The position numbers and the translations under genes were made by a program. This document shows positions 1-10,400 of a stretch of DNA of 64,000 bases, piece after piece. Below the pieces are notes generated by a model, which did not search any database, was not told the origin of the DNA, and saw nothing but the letters and a program-made list of their open reading frames with translations. Source of the stretch: Alphaproteobacteria bacterium (lineage in GTDB: Bacteria > Pseudomonadota > Alphaproteobacteria > GCA-2731375); contig CBDDPY010000002.1 of NCBI GenBank assembly GCA_965232515.1, positions 7,072,001 through 7,136,000 of the forward strand, in the 5' to 3' direction. The number at the start of each line of letters is the position of its first letter. The stretch's first letter is position 1.

Positions 1-1378
1 AATCCGGCTCGTGCGCCAACTGCTCGACCAGCGCCGGCGACAGATACTGGCTGAAGGCGCCGCGCACCTGCTGCTTGCTGCGCTCTTCCTCGATATAGCC
101 GGTATAGACCAGCATCGTATAGACGACGATCAGAGAACCGGCCGGATACGACCAGTCGATCAGCGTGCGTTCATCGAGGAACAGCCACCAGGATGTCGCG
201 GCGACCAGGGCGCCTACGGCCAGGCCGAGGATGACCGTCCATTTGCCCCTCAGGAACGGGATGACAATGACCAGGATCAGACCCGTCACCAGAATCAGAC
301 TTAGCTCGGCGCCCAGGGCGTACGGCGGGCGCTTCAGCCCGGTCTGCGTGAGAATGGTTTCCAGCATCTGGGCATGGATATCGACGCCGAACATGGCGAT
401 GTTGAGCGGCGTCGCCTTGATATCCCCCAGTGCTGAGGCATAGGCCCCCAACAACACCAGCCGCCCGGTGAACACGGCGGGGTCGAAGCGCCCTTCGAAA
501 ACATCCACGGCGGAGACCAGATCGCGGTTGTGCCGCGCCGCGAACCGGACCCAGATGCGGCCGTCCCGGTCGGTCGGCACCAAGACGTTGCCGACGACGA
601 CGCCGGTCACGCCCGATTGATCGCTGCGCACGGCGATGGCCGAACTACCGGTGGCGACGCGCAGCATCTCGATGGTCAGCGACGGCAAGATCTTGTCGTT
701 CAGTCCGACTACCGCCGGCAGCCGGCGGACGACGCCGTCGAGCTCCGGCACGACCGTGATCACGCCGCGGCCGGCGGCTGCGGCCGACAGCTCGTTGAGG
801 TTGGCGATGATGTCGTCGAACTGCGGCAGATAGGGCAGCGGGCTGCCGCCGATTTCGGCGACCGGAGTCAGGTGTGCCAGGGTGTTCGCCGCGCCCATGC
901 CGCTTGCCACGGCGCGGCCCAGTACGACGCGACTGGTTTTCAGGACCCCGGCCAGTATCTCGTCGTTTGATGGCAGCAATGCCAGTTGGCGTTTAAGATC
1001 GGCGGAGAAGGTCGGCAGGTGCTGGGCCAGCTTCGACGGCGACGTTCTGTCGGGTTCCGGGAAAACAATGTCGACGCCGATCGCCGCCGCGCCGCTGTCG
1101 CCGATACGACGAAAAATATCGGCCAGCACATTCCGCGGCCAGGGCCACTGCCCGAGACTGGCCAAGCTGGCCTCATCGATCGCGACCAGCGTGACCGGCG
1201 AGTTGAGCTCGTCGCCCGGCACGAGTTGCTGATACTGATCGAAGACCTTGAGGCGCAGGGCCTCGACCGGCCAGGGATCCCAGGCGCGTACGGCCAACAG
1301 CGCGACCAGCATCAGCAGCGCCAGCACGCGCCGACGCCCGAATTTGCCGATCTCCGAGCCGATGGCTTCTATTGCCAT
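1..1378 (-). CDS. CHASE2-domain adenylate/guanylate cyclase (N-terminal part; runs off the window edge)
   Basis: Not in the ORF track; translated by hand from ATG at 1378 (GGAG upstream). Reads MAIEAIGSEIGKFGRRRVLALLML...VAIDEASLASLGQWPWPRNVLA (CHASE2 signature), ...GVDIHAQMLETIL, three hydrophobic helices, then VRGAFSQYLSPALVEQLAHEPD, the linker that typically precedes class III cyclase domains. Frame is consistent from 1378 to position 2. Confidence 0.85.
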   Translation of the reverse strand, partial: MAIEAIGSEIGKFGRRRVLALLMLVALLAVRAWDPWPVEALRLKVFDQYQQLVPGDELNSPVTLVAIDEASLASLGQWPWPRNVLADIFRRIGDSGAAAIGVDIVFPEPDRTSPSKLAQHLPTFSADLKRQLALLPSNDEILAGVLKTSRVVLGRAVASGMGAANTLAHLTPVAEIGGSPLPYLPQFDDIIANLNELSAAAAGRGVITVVPELDGVVRRLPAVVGLNDKILPSLTIEMLRVATGSSAIAVRSDQSGVTGVVVGNVLVPTDRDGRIWVRFAARHNRDLVSAVDVFEGRFDPAVFTGRLVLLGAYASALGDIKATPLNIAMFGVDIHAQMLETILTQTGLKRPPYALGAELSLILVTGLILVIVIPFLRGKWTVILGLAVGALVAATSWWLFLDERTLIDWSYPAGSLIVVYTMLVYTGYIEEERSKQQVRGAFSQYLSPALVEQLAHEPD

Positions 1379-1411
1379 GTTTTTTGCTCCGCCAGCTCCG
1401 TGATGCGGCGT

Positions 1412-2710
1412 CTAACGCTCGCGGAAGGCTTCCTGTCCGGCCTTGATGACCGGCTTCAGCAGGTACTGCATGACCGATTTAGTTCCCGTCTGAATGTCGA
1501 GCACGGCCGTCATGCCCGGCTTGATGACGAGCACGCCGGGCCGGTCGCCGAGATAGGTTTGCTCGGGCGCCATGACGACCTCGAAATACGATGTGCCGTC
1601 GGCGGCGATGGTCGAGTCGGCGCCGATATGGGTGATCCGGCCTTCGAGCGCGCCGTACCTGACGAAGTCGTAAGCCGAGATCTTTGCCCGCGCGCTTTGG
1701 CCGACCACGACGTAACCGCGATCCATCGGCCGCAGGCGTGCCTGTATGACCAGCCGTTCATGCGAGGGCACCAGCTCCAGGATTGGATCGCCCGGTCCGA
1801 CCACGCCGCCGATGGTGTGGAACCGGAGGTGCTTGACGATCCCGGCGATCGGGCTGCGTATCACCGTGCGGCGGGCCTGGCCGGTCGCTTCAGCTAGCTG
1901 CTGATCGGTGCGCACGATCTCGGCTTCGGTACGGCTTAACTGTTCGAGCAGTTCGCGTTCGAACCGCAATTGCTCCTCGCGCAGTCGTTCTTTGACCTCG
2001 CCGATGGCCGCCTGAGCCCGCGGGATCGCGGGTGTGAGCGTTTGCAGCTCGCCTTCCAGGCGCCGGACCTCGCGCTTGCGTTCGAGATGATCGATTTTCG
2101 ACGTCAGGCCGTCGCGCGCGAGGTCTTCCGATATCGCGAAGTTTTCCCGCGCCAGTCGCAGATCGGTCTGCAGGGCGGCGCGCGCGGCGGTCAGTTCCTT
2201 GACGGCGAGCTCGCGCTGACGGATCTGCTGACGCAGGGCCGCGAGCTTGGTCGTCAATTCCTCGCGGTGAGCGTCATAGGTTTGCCGCTGCGCCGTCGCA
2301 AGCTCAGGCCGGCGTGCCGCCACCACCGCCGGGAACGACAACGGCTCGCCGGCGATCTCCGCCGTGAGACGGGCGCGGGCCAGCACGAGGCCGTCCCGTC
2401 GCGCCTCGATCTCCTGGGCGTTCACGGCCGTCACCGGCAGGTCGATCTGGACCAGCTTGTCGCCGGCCTCGACCGATTGCCCGTCGCTGACGAAGATCTG
2501 CTCGATGATGCCGCCTTCCAGGTGCTGCACGATCTTGACCTTGTCCACCGGCACGACTTCGCCGTCGGCGACAGCGACCTCATCGAGCTCGGCAAGGTTG
2601 GCCCAAATGATGCCGGCGGTGATCAGCACGGCAATGGCCCAGGCGGCCCTGTGCCAACCTTCGTTGATCCTGAGATCGGGCTGATCGATCGGCTGCATCA
2701 TCGCCGTCAC
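1412..2710 (-). CDS. HlyD-family type I secretion periplasmic adaptor (membrane fusion protein)
   Basis: N-terminal TM helix, VQHLEGGII, long coiled coil, IRSPIAGIV, YDFVRYGALEG, PGMTAVLDIQTG motifs; overlaps the ABC gene by 4 bp. Confidence 0.95.
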   Translation of the reverse strand: MTAMMQPIDQPDLRINEGWHRAAWAIAVLITAGIIWANLAELDEVAVADGEVVPVDKVKIVQHLEGGIIEQIFVSDGQSVEAGDKLVQIDLPVTAVNAQEIEARRDGLVLARARLTAEIAGEPLSFPAVVAARRPELATAQRQTYDAHREELTTKLAALRQQIRQRELAVKELTAARAALQTDLRLARENFAISEDLARDGLTSKIDHLERKREVRRLEGELQTLTPAIPRAQAAIGEVKERLREEQLRFERELLEQLSRTEAEIVRTDQQLAEATGQARRTVIRSPIAGIVKHLRFHTIGGVVGPGDPILELVPSHERLVIQARLRPMDRGYVVVGQSARAKISAYDFVRYGALEGRITHIGADSTIAADGTSYFEVVMAPEQTYLGDRPGVLVIKPGMTAVLDIQTGTKSVMQYLLKPVIKAGQEAFRER

Positions 2711-4455
2711 TCCGCGACGCCGGTCTTTGCCGACGGCGGCACGCCGAACAGCTTCGGCAAAATCTCGCCCGACGCGCCGGCCATGGCGATACGCCCGCCC
2801 TGTAGCACCATCACGCTGTCGCAGGCTGACAGCAGGGTCGAGCTGTGCGTGACGACGACGATCGTGCGGTCCAGCGCCAGGTTTACCAGTTCGTCGCGCA
2901 GGGCCTGCTCTGCCTGTTTGTCAAGATTGCCGGTGGGTTCGTCGAGCAGCAGGATCGCCGGATCCTTGAGCAGCGCCCGGGCGACGGCGATGCGTTGGCG
3001 CTGCCCGCCGGACAGGCGCGATCCGGCCTCGCCGACATCGGTCGCAAACCCGTCCGGCAGATCGACGACGTAACGATAGACGCCGGCGGACTTGGCAGCG
3101 GCGAGAATTTCGGCATCGCCAGCCGACGGTTCGCCGACGGCGATATTGTCGCGAATGCTGCCGGCGAACAGGAAGCATTCCTGCGGCACATAGCCGATCC
3201 AGTTCGCGATCTGGCTGCGCGAAAACTGTCCGATATCGGCCAGGTCGATCAGGACGCGGCCCTGGCTGGGGGCGTAGAGGCCCTGCATCAGCTTCAGCAA
3301 GGTTGTCTTGCCGCTGCCATTGCGGCCGACGATACCGTGCATGCCGCACGGCCCGACACGCATGGTCAGGTCGCTCAACACGGGCGGCGTGTCGTCGGCA
3401 TAGCGGAAGCTAACGTCTTCCAGGAAGATCAGGCCGTTCGGCCGCGGCATGTCGATCGCCGTCTCGATGCGGTCCTCGGCGGCGTCGAACAGCGCCCCCA
3501 GCCGGTTGGCGGCGGTCTTGAAGCCGGCGAAATTGCGCCACGTGCCGACAAGCTGGACCAAAGGCGCAATGAACCGGCCGCCGAGGATGTTGGCCGCGAC
3601 CAGCGCGCCGATGGTCATCTGCTGGTCGAGAATGGCCAGCGCGCCGACGCCGGTGACGGCGACGGTGGTCATCATGCCCAGAACGGCGCCCAGGTTGGTA
3701 TAGCTGTCGCTGCGCTGACCGCGCGACAGAGCGGCGGCGATGGTCTGGTTGCGCCGCTGCTGCCAGGCCGGCCGCACGGCGCCGCCCAGGTCGAGCGCCT
3801 TGATCGTCAACCGGCCGGCCATCAGCTCGCCGATCAGGTTGTCGCGCTGCAGCGCCACCTGGCGCTCGGCCGCGGCCGCCCGCCCGACGGTAATCGAACT
3901 CAGGCCTGCCAACACCAGGAAGACGCCCAGCATGGCCAGCAGCACCCAGGCCACCGGCGCCGCGATGATCGCCACCAGGCCGAAGAACAGAACCATGAAC
4001 GGCAGGTCGGCCAGCAGCATGGCCGAGGCGCCGGAGAAGGTGTTGCGTACGGTCTCGACGTCGCGGAACAACGCCTGCCAGAATGGCGCCGGCCGGGATT
4101 CGAGCGTTCGCAGCGGCAGCGCGTTGAGCTTGTCATAGAGCTGCTCGCTGAGCTGCAGGTCGATCCTGAGCGCCGATTTCTGCAGGACCCGGCTGCGCGC
4201 CTGCCGCAGGACGAAGTCGAACCCGAGTGCGATCATCATGCCGACGGCGAGCGCCTGCAACGTGCTCAGGCCGCCGTGGAACACGACACGGTCGTAGACC
4301 TGCAGGACAAACAGCGGCACTGCCAGCGCCAGCAGGTTGACGAAGAACGACAGCGCCAGAACTTCGACAAGGATCACGCGCACGGGCCGCAGCACCGGCT
4401 GCAGCCAGGACCGTTTGCGTGCGGGCGGCTCGGGGCTGGTGTCGTTCGCGGTCAT
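2707..4455 (-). CDS. Type I secretion ABC transporter permease/ATPase (no N-terminal C39-like domain)
   Basis: LAVPLFVLQVYDRV, Walker A GRNGSGKT, LSGGQRQR signature, LLLDEPT Walker B. Confidence 0.95.
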   Translation of the reverse strand: MTANDTSPEPPARKRSWLQPVLRPVRVILVEVLALSFFVNLLALAVPLFVLQVYDRVVFHGGLSTLQALAVGMMIALGFDFVLRQARSRVLQKSALRIDLQLSEQLYDKLNALPLRTLESRPAPFWQALFRDVETVRNTFSGASAMLLADLPFMVLFFGLVAIIAAPVAWVLLAMLGVFLVLAGLSSITVGRAAAAERQVALQRDNLIGELMAGRLTIKALDLGGAVRPAWQQRRNQTIAAALSRGQRSDSYTNLGAVLGMMTTVAVTGVGALAILDQQMTIGALVAANILGGRFIAPLVQLVGTWRNFAGFKTAANRLGALFDAAEDRIETAIDMPRPNGLIFLEDVSFRYADDTPPVLSDLTMRVGPCGMHGIVGRNGSGKTTLLKLMQGLYAPSQGRVLIDLADIGQFSRSQIANWIGYVPQECFLFAGSIRDNIAVGEPSAGDAEILAAAKSAGVYRYVVDLPDGFATDVGEAGSRLSGGQRQRIAVARALLKDPAILLLDEPTGNLDKQAEQALRDELVNLALDRTIVVVTHSSTLLSACDSVMVLQGGRIAMAGASGEILPKLFGVPPSAKTGVAE

Positions 4456-4478
4456 GTCAGCACCAGACGGCCCGTATC

Positions 4479-7400
4479 TCAGGTGACCTGCAGATCGTTG
4501 GCTTTCAGGTCGGCGCCGGGCACCTGGGCGACGATCGTGTAGCCGTCGGCCTCGCCGTTCGGATCGTAGATCAGATTGCCGGCCGCGTCGGCGAGCAACG
4601 AGGGATCGCCGGCAAGGTAGGCGTCGCTGTTGCCGTTGGTGCCGTCGTATTCGGCGCCGATGACGGAGAAATTGCCGTCGTCGATCTCGGTCAACGCGAA
4701 GCTCGCGCCGTCGAGCGCAATGGTGTCGCCCTCGACGGCATTGAAGTCGGCGATGACATCGCCGCCGTCGCCGGTAACCCGATAGTAGAAGGTGTCGCCG
4801 CCGACGCCGCCGGACAGCATGTCGGCGCCGGCGCCGCCCGTCAGCCAGTCGTCGCCGGCCGATCCGAACAGCATGTCGTTGCCGGCCCCGCCGTCGAGGC
4901 TGTCATCGCCGTCTCCGCCGTCGTAGGCATCGTCGGCGTCGCCGCCGTGAAGCGCCGTGCGGTCGGCGGCGAAGGCGTCGTTAAGCGCGGTAAAGACAAC
5001 GCCGCCGTCGAGATAATCGAAATCGAACGAGAAACCGTCGGCGGCGCCCGTGATCGCGACCGACAGGCTGTCGACGATCGCATCGAGGCCCTGCGCCGCG
5101 CTCAGGAACTGGATGCTGTCGCCGGCCTGCGGCAGATAACCGTCGAGGAGGACGATATCGAGCAGGCCGCTGGTCAGGTCTACGCTGCCGCTGACCTCGA
5201 TCAGGTCGTAGGCGCCGGCTTCCGTACCGGCCAGCTCGATCTCCAACGTGCCGCCGCTGAGCGTGAAGTCACCGTCGATCAGCGCCGTGCCGGGCGAGGC
5301 GCCGGGCTGGAACACGCCGCCCTGGTCGTTGGTGACGTTGCCCTGGATGACGCCGCCGGTATTGCCGATCAGCGAGCCGTCGGCGCCGATGAAGATGTCG
5401 GTGGCCTGCAGCAAGGCCTGGTCGCTGACCGTGACGCTGCCGGTGCCGCCCGGGTTCAGGTCGGGATCGACGCCGATGCCGAGCACGTCGCCAGCAAGGA
5501 ATTGGGTGCCGACGCCCGAGATGAGCAGCGTGCCGCTGCTACCCGCGAACGTCCCGACGAAGGTGCCGCCGGTCGAAGCCACGCCCGGGCTGACCTCGCC
5601 GAAGGTCACGTCGACAATGCTGCCGCCGTTCACGGTCATGTCGCCGTTACCGGTGCGGCCGATCGTGACCGAATTACCGGTGCCGTTGATGCGAACGGTC
5701 GATCCGCCGGTGACCGTCATCGCGCCGTCGCCACCGGGTTCCGAGGACGTTCCTCCCAAACTGAAACCGCCAGCGTCGCCCGTTGAATTGATGTTGAGTT
5801 GGGCGGCATTGGTCAACGTCAGGGTGCCTGTACCGCCGCGGCCGACGGCGAGCCCGCCACCGAAGCCGACACTCGCGCCCGTGTTGATGATTCCGCCCAG
5901 CGCGACCGTTGCGCCGTCGACGACAACGGTGCCAGTGCCGTTGGGATTGCCAATCAGCATGACCTTAGCACTCACCGAACCGCCGTTTTCGACGGTGAGA
6001 GAGCCGGTTGAGCCGCTGCCGGTGCCGACGGCAACGAGACTGTCGGCACTACCGGTCATAGCGATTTCGGAGCCGGCGCCCGATACAACGGCGACACCGT
6101 TCGCCGGATTCATGTTTTCGGTCTCGAAACTGCCACCGATATGGAACTGGCCGAAGAATTCGGCGTCGACCTCTCGGTTGACCTCGATCCGTCCACCGTC
6201 AGTCACATTAAGAAAACCGTCGCCCTGCCGGCCAATCGACACAAAGGGGTTGACGCCGTCGTTGCTCAATCGCAACAGCGAGCCCGCACCCTGGACGTTG
6301 ATCGTGCCGGTGCTGCCGGCATCAAGGCCAGCCTGAAACCCCGGGCTGTTTACCGCGTCCGCCGGCGCCAGGATCTCGACCAAGCCGCCGTCCGAAACGG
6401 TTAGGGTGCCGGTGCCGCCCGACCGTCCGACCGTCAGAAATGCGGAATCGTCGTCCACCGCGTCGACGCCGGACAACCGCAATGTAGAGGGGTTGTCGAG
6501 GACATCCCGACCGGAAACCAGGATGTCGCCGGTCGCGCCATCGCGGCCGACCGACATGAAAACCAGCCCGTCCTGGCCGACGCCTTGAACGACACCGCCG
6601 TCAGTGATGTTGAGCCTGCCGATGCTGTCCGCGCCGAAACGTCCGACATTGATCGATCCGGAATTGCCGCTGACGGTCAGGCTGGAGCCCTGACCGTCGA
6701 CATTGACGGTCGATGTCCCGCCGACACCGGGTACGCCATCGCGGTAGTCGGCGATATTCATGCCGGGGAAGGGATCGCTGGTCGCGTCCTGAATGGCGAA
6801 CGTGCCGCCGTTGGTGATGTTGACCGTGGCGTCGCCGGCACGGCCAACCCGGACGAAAGAAACGCCAGTTGTGACCGTTCCGGCGGCGTTGAACTGGGAG
6901 CCGGTGCCCGAGATGTTCACGACGGCGTTGCCGGCGTTGGCGGTATTGTCACCGGCAAATTCGACGAAGCCGCTGTTGTTAGTCCAGGTGCTACCGCTTT
7001 CGATCGTCAGCGTTGCATTGCTATTTTCGCCTGTCGCAAACGCGGTCCTGAACTCGCCATTGTTGACGAAGCTGGCGCCGTTCCTGAGGGTGACGTCAGC
7101 CGTACCGGACAGTCCGATGTCGAGAGCGTTGGCGGTATTCGCCCAGCTCGCGCCGTCGATCAGGATGGTCGCCGAAGACCCGGTGTCGATTGCGATGTCG
7201 GTACCTGCCGTCCCCAGCAATGCGCCGTTCGTGACATTGATCTGGGCAGACGAATTCGTCGTTTCCGACACCCGCAGGAATCCGTCGTTGTCCCAAAGCG
7301 AGCCGGTGCCGTCGACATTGATAGTGACATCGCTGGTTTCGCTGCCGGTGCTGTCGTCGCTGAAGCCGCGGGCGCGGCTGACGGTACTGTCGTTGAGATC

Positions 7401-10400
7401 CAGCGTCGCGCCGTTCAATACATGCAGCGTGACGGTCACGGCGCCGCCGGGCGTGCCTTGCACGAAGCCGCTGCCGGCCTGGGTGAAAACCTCGGCGATG
7501 CCGATATTTGCGAACTCTGAGAACGAAAGGGCGGAGCCGACGCCGTCAATGGTGACGTTGGTCGTCGCGCCCGCGGCGCTGCCGATATGGCCCGATCGCA
7601 GGTCCATCGTGCCGCCGGACAGGATATCGACGGTCGCCGTCGCGTTGGCGCCGTCGCCAATGGTGAAAAAGCCGGTATCGCTCCATGTCGAGCCGTTGCC
7701 GGTGACGGTCACGGTCGCCGTGGTCAGTTCCGTGCCGTCGAAGCCGTCGCCGAAGGGGCCTTGCGACAAACGGCCGCCGGACGAGTTGATCGTTCCGCCG
7801 TTGCGGACTTCGACGGTCGCGGTCGCGTTCTCGCCGGCGGCGCCTTGCGTGAAACCGCTTCCGGCTGGGGTGAAGACGTCCGCCCGTGCCATGCCGAAGA
7901 ACCCACCGGCATCAAACAGCGACCCGGCGCCATCGACCAGGAGATTGCCTGACGCACCAGCGGCTTCGCCGAACACGGCGCCCGTACCGAGGAATACGCC
8001 GCCATTGGTCACGTTGATCGTGCCGGTCGCGTTGTCGCCTTCGCCAACCTGAAGGAACCCGCCATTGACCCAGCGCGAATCAAGGCCGTCAATGTTGACC
8101 GTCGCGATCGTGGACTCGGTGCCGAGGAAATCGTTGCCGCCCGGACCCTGCGACACGCCACCGCCGATCGTATTCAGAAATCCGCCGTCAAGGACGTTTA
8201 CGACGGCGACGGTCTGGCCGCCCGGCGTCCCCAGATCGAAACCGCTGCCGGCGTTAGTGAATACCGCGGCACTGCCGACGGCGAAGAAGCTGGTGGTGTC
8301 AAGGCGCGACCCGGCGCCGGTGATCGTCAGCGTGCCGTTGGATCCGGCGGCGTTGCCGACGAACGTGCCGCCTTCGATGCCAGCGACAGGAACGGCGGCG
8401 TCGACATTGGCGCCGCCGGAAATGGTCATGCTGCCGGTGCCAGCTTGGCCGATCTCGAGCCGGTTGAACGTGGCGTCCAGACTCACTTTCGTGTTCGGTC
8501 CGGTCACGTTGACGGTGCCGGTCATGTTGCCCGGGTCGGTGCCGATCGTGAGCGCCGCCGTCGCGAAGTCGGCGCCGCCGGTGACGTTCAGGACCCCGGT
8601 TTCGGTCGTGCTGGTCCCGACAAAGACGTTCAAGCTGCCGTTCGTCGACACGCCGCCGCTGGCCGTCACGCGCAACAGGAAGTCGCCCGCGCTGAGCTCG
8701 GCGGGTGTCACGCCCTGGAGTGTGATCGGGAACTGGCCGGCGCCACCGTCGATCACCGCGTCGCCGTTCAGGTCCGTGGTGATTCCGGCGAGCACGTCGT
8801 TCGGATCGTTTGTCTCGAAACCGACCAGCTCGATGATGTCCTGGCCGGGCGTGAAGTCGGTGATGGTGTGACCGCCGATGGCGAAGGGGCTGAGCTTGGC
8901 GACGCGGAATTCGAACTGATCCGCGCCGCTGCCGCCGGTCAGGATGTCCTGGAAACCGAAGCTCTCCAGGCGGTCGTCGTCGGCGCCGCCGTCGAGGATG
9001 TTCGTGGTGCCCCGGCCACCATCGAGGAAATCGTTGCCGGCGCCGCCAAACAACCGGTCGTCACCGTCGCCGCCGATGGCGACGTCGTCGGCCGTGCCGC
9101 CTTCCAGCCTAATGGCGTTGCCGAGCGTAGGATCTCCGTTAATGACGAAAGACAGGCCATCCGACGAGGAGTCCTGGATCTCGAAATCGAAAGCCGACGT
9201 GACACCGCTGACCAAAACGGACAGGTCTGCGGCGCTGGTGCCGAGGCTGGCATTGTCCAGGATGAAGTTGTAGGACGCCGCCGCCAGCGGCTGCGCGGTG
9301 AAGCTGACGTTGAGGGTGCCGCCGGCGACGGCGATGGCATTCCCGACCGCGACCTGGTCGAGATCCGTCGCCGCGTTGGCGCCAAACTCGAGGTCGAGGA
9401 AGCCGCCAGCCAGGTCGAAATCGCCGGTGACGGTCAGCGTGCCGAACGAGGCGCCAGGCGACATGCGGCCGCCCGCGAACGCGACGTCCCCGTCGAGCGT
9501 CCCGGTGCCGGAAACCAGGCCGCCGCTGCCGATGCTGATGCTCTCGGCCTGGGCGACGCCAAAATCGTTGACGATCAGCGTGCCCGTGCCGCCGGTGCCG
9601 GGGCCGAGCGGCGTGCCGTTGAAGTCCTGGCCAACCACGAGGTCGGTGCCCGCCATCAGACGCGAGATGACCGGGCTGCCGCCGCCGGGGTCGCCGGTGA
9701 TCGTCACCGTGCCGTCCGCGCCGGCCTCGCGGCCGATCGTGGTGGCCCCGTTGGACGCGACCGTCACCAAGCCGCCCTGGTCGATGGTCAGCGCGCCGCT
9801 GCCCTGCAGCCCGACAGCCAGTTCCGAGCCGTTGCCGAGGACCGACAACGTCGAGCCGGCGCCGCTCACGCTCGCCTGGCCGTTGCTGCCGGCAGCCCGG
9901 CCGATCAGGAAGTTGGCCTTGGTTGTCTGGCCATCGAGCACCAGGTCGCCGCCATTGGTGATGTTCAGCGTGCCGGTATCGAACAGACCGACGGATGCGA
10001 TGGCCGAACTGCCGGCCGCCTGCAACAGCGAACCGGCGCCGTCGATGTTCACGGTGCCAGTGCCGCCGGTCAGCGTCGAGTTGTCGCTGAACAGCGTGCC
10101 GCCTGCGGCGAAGCCGACGAAGCTGCCGCCGTTGTCGGCGAGCAGGACCTGGCCGCCGTTCAGTACGTTCACCGTGCCGGTGCCGGCGAGGCCGATATGT
10201 AGGAATGACGAGGCATTGAGGTTGTCGAGGCCGGCGGCGTTCAGGGTCGACCCGGCGCCGGTAACCGTCACCGTGCCGTTAGATCCGGCTAATCGGCCGA
10301 TCTGCATGAACTCGACATTCGCTGTGCCGCCGTCCTGCACGGTCAAGGTGCCGGCACCGAGCTGGCCGACCAGCGTGGTGTCCGAATCGAAACCGCCGGT

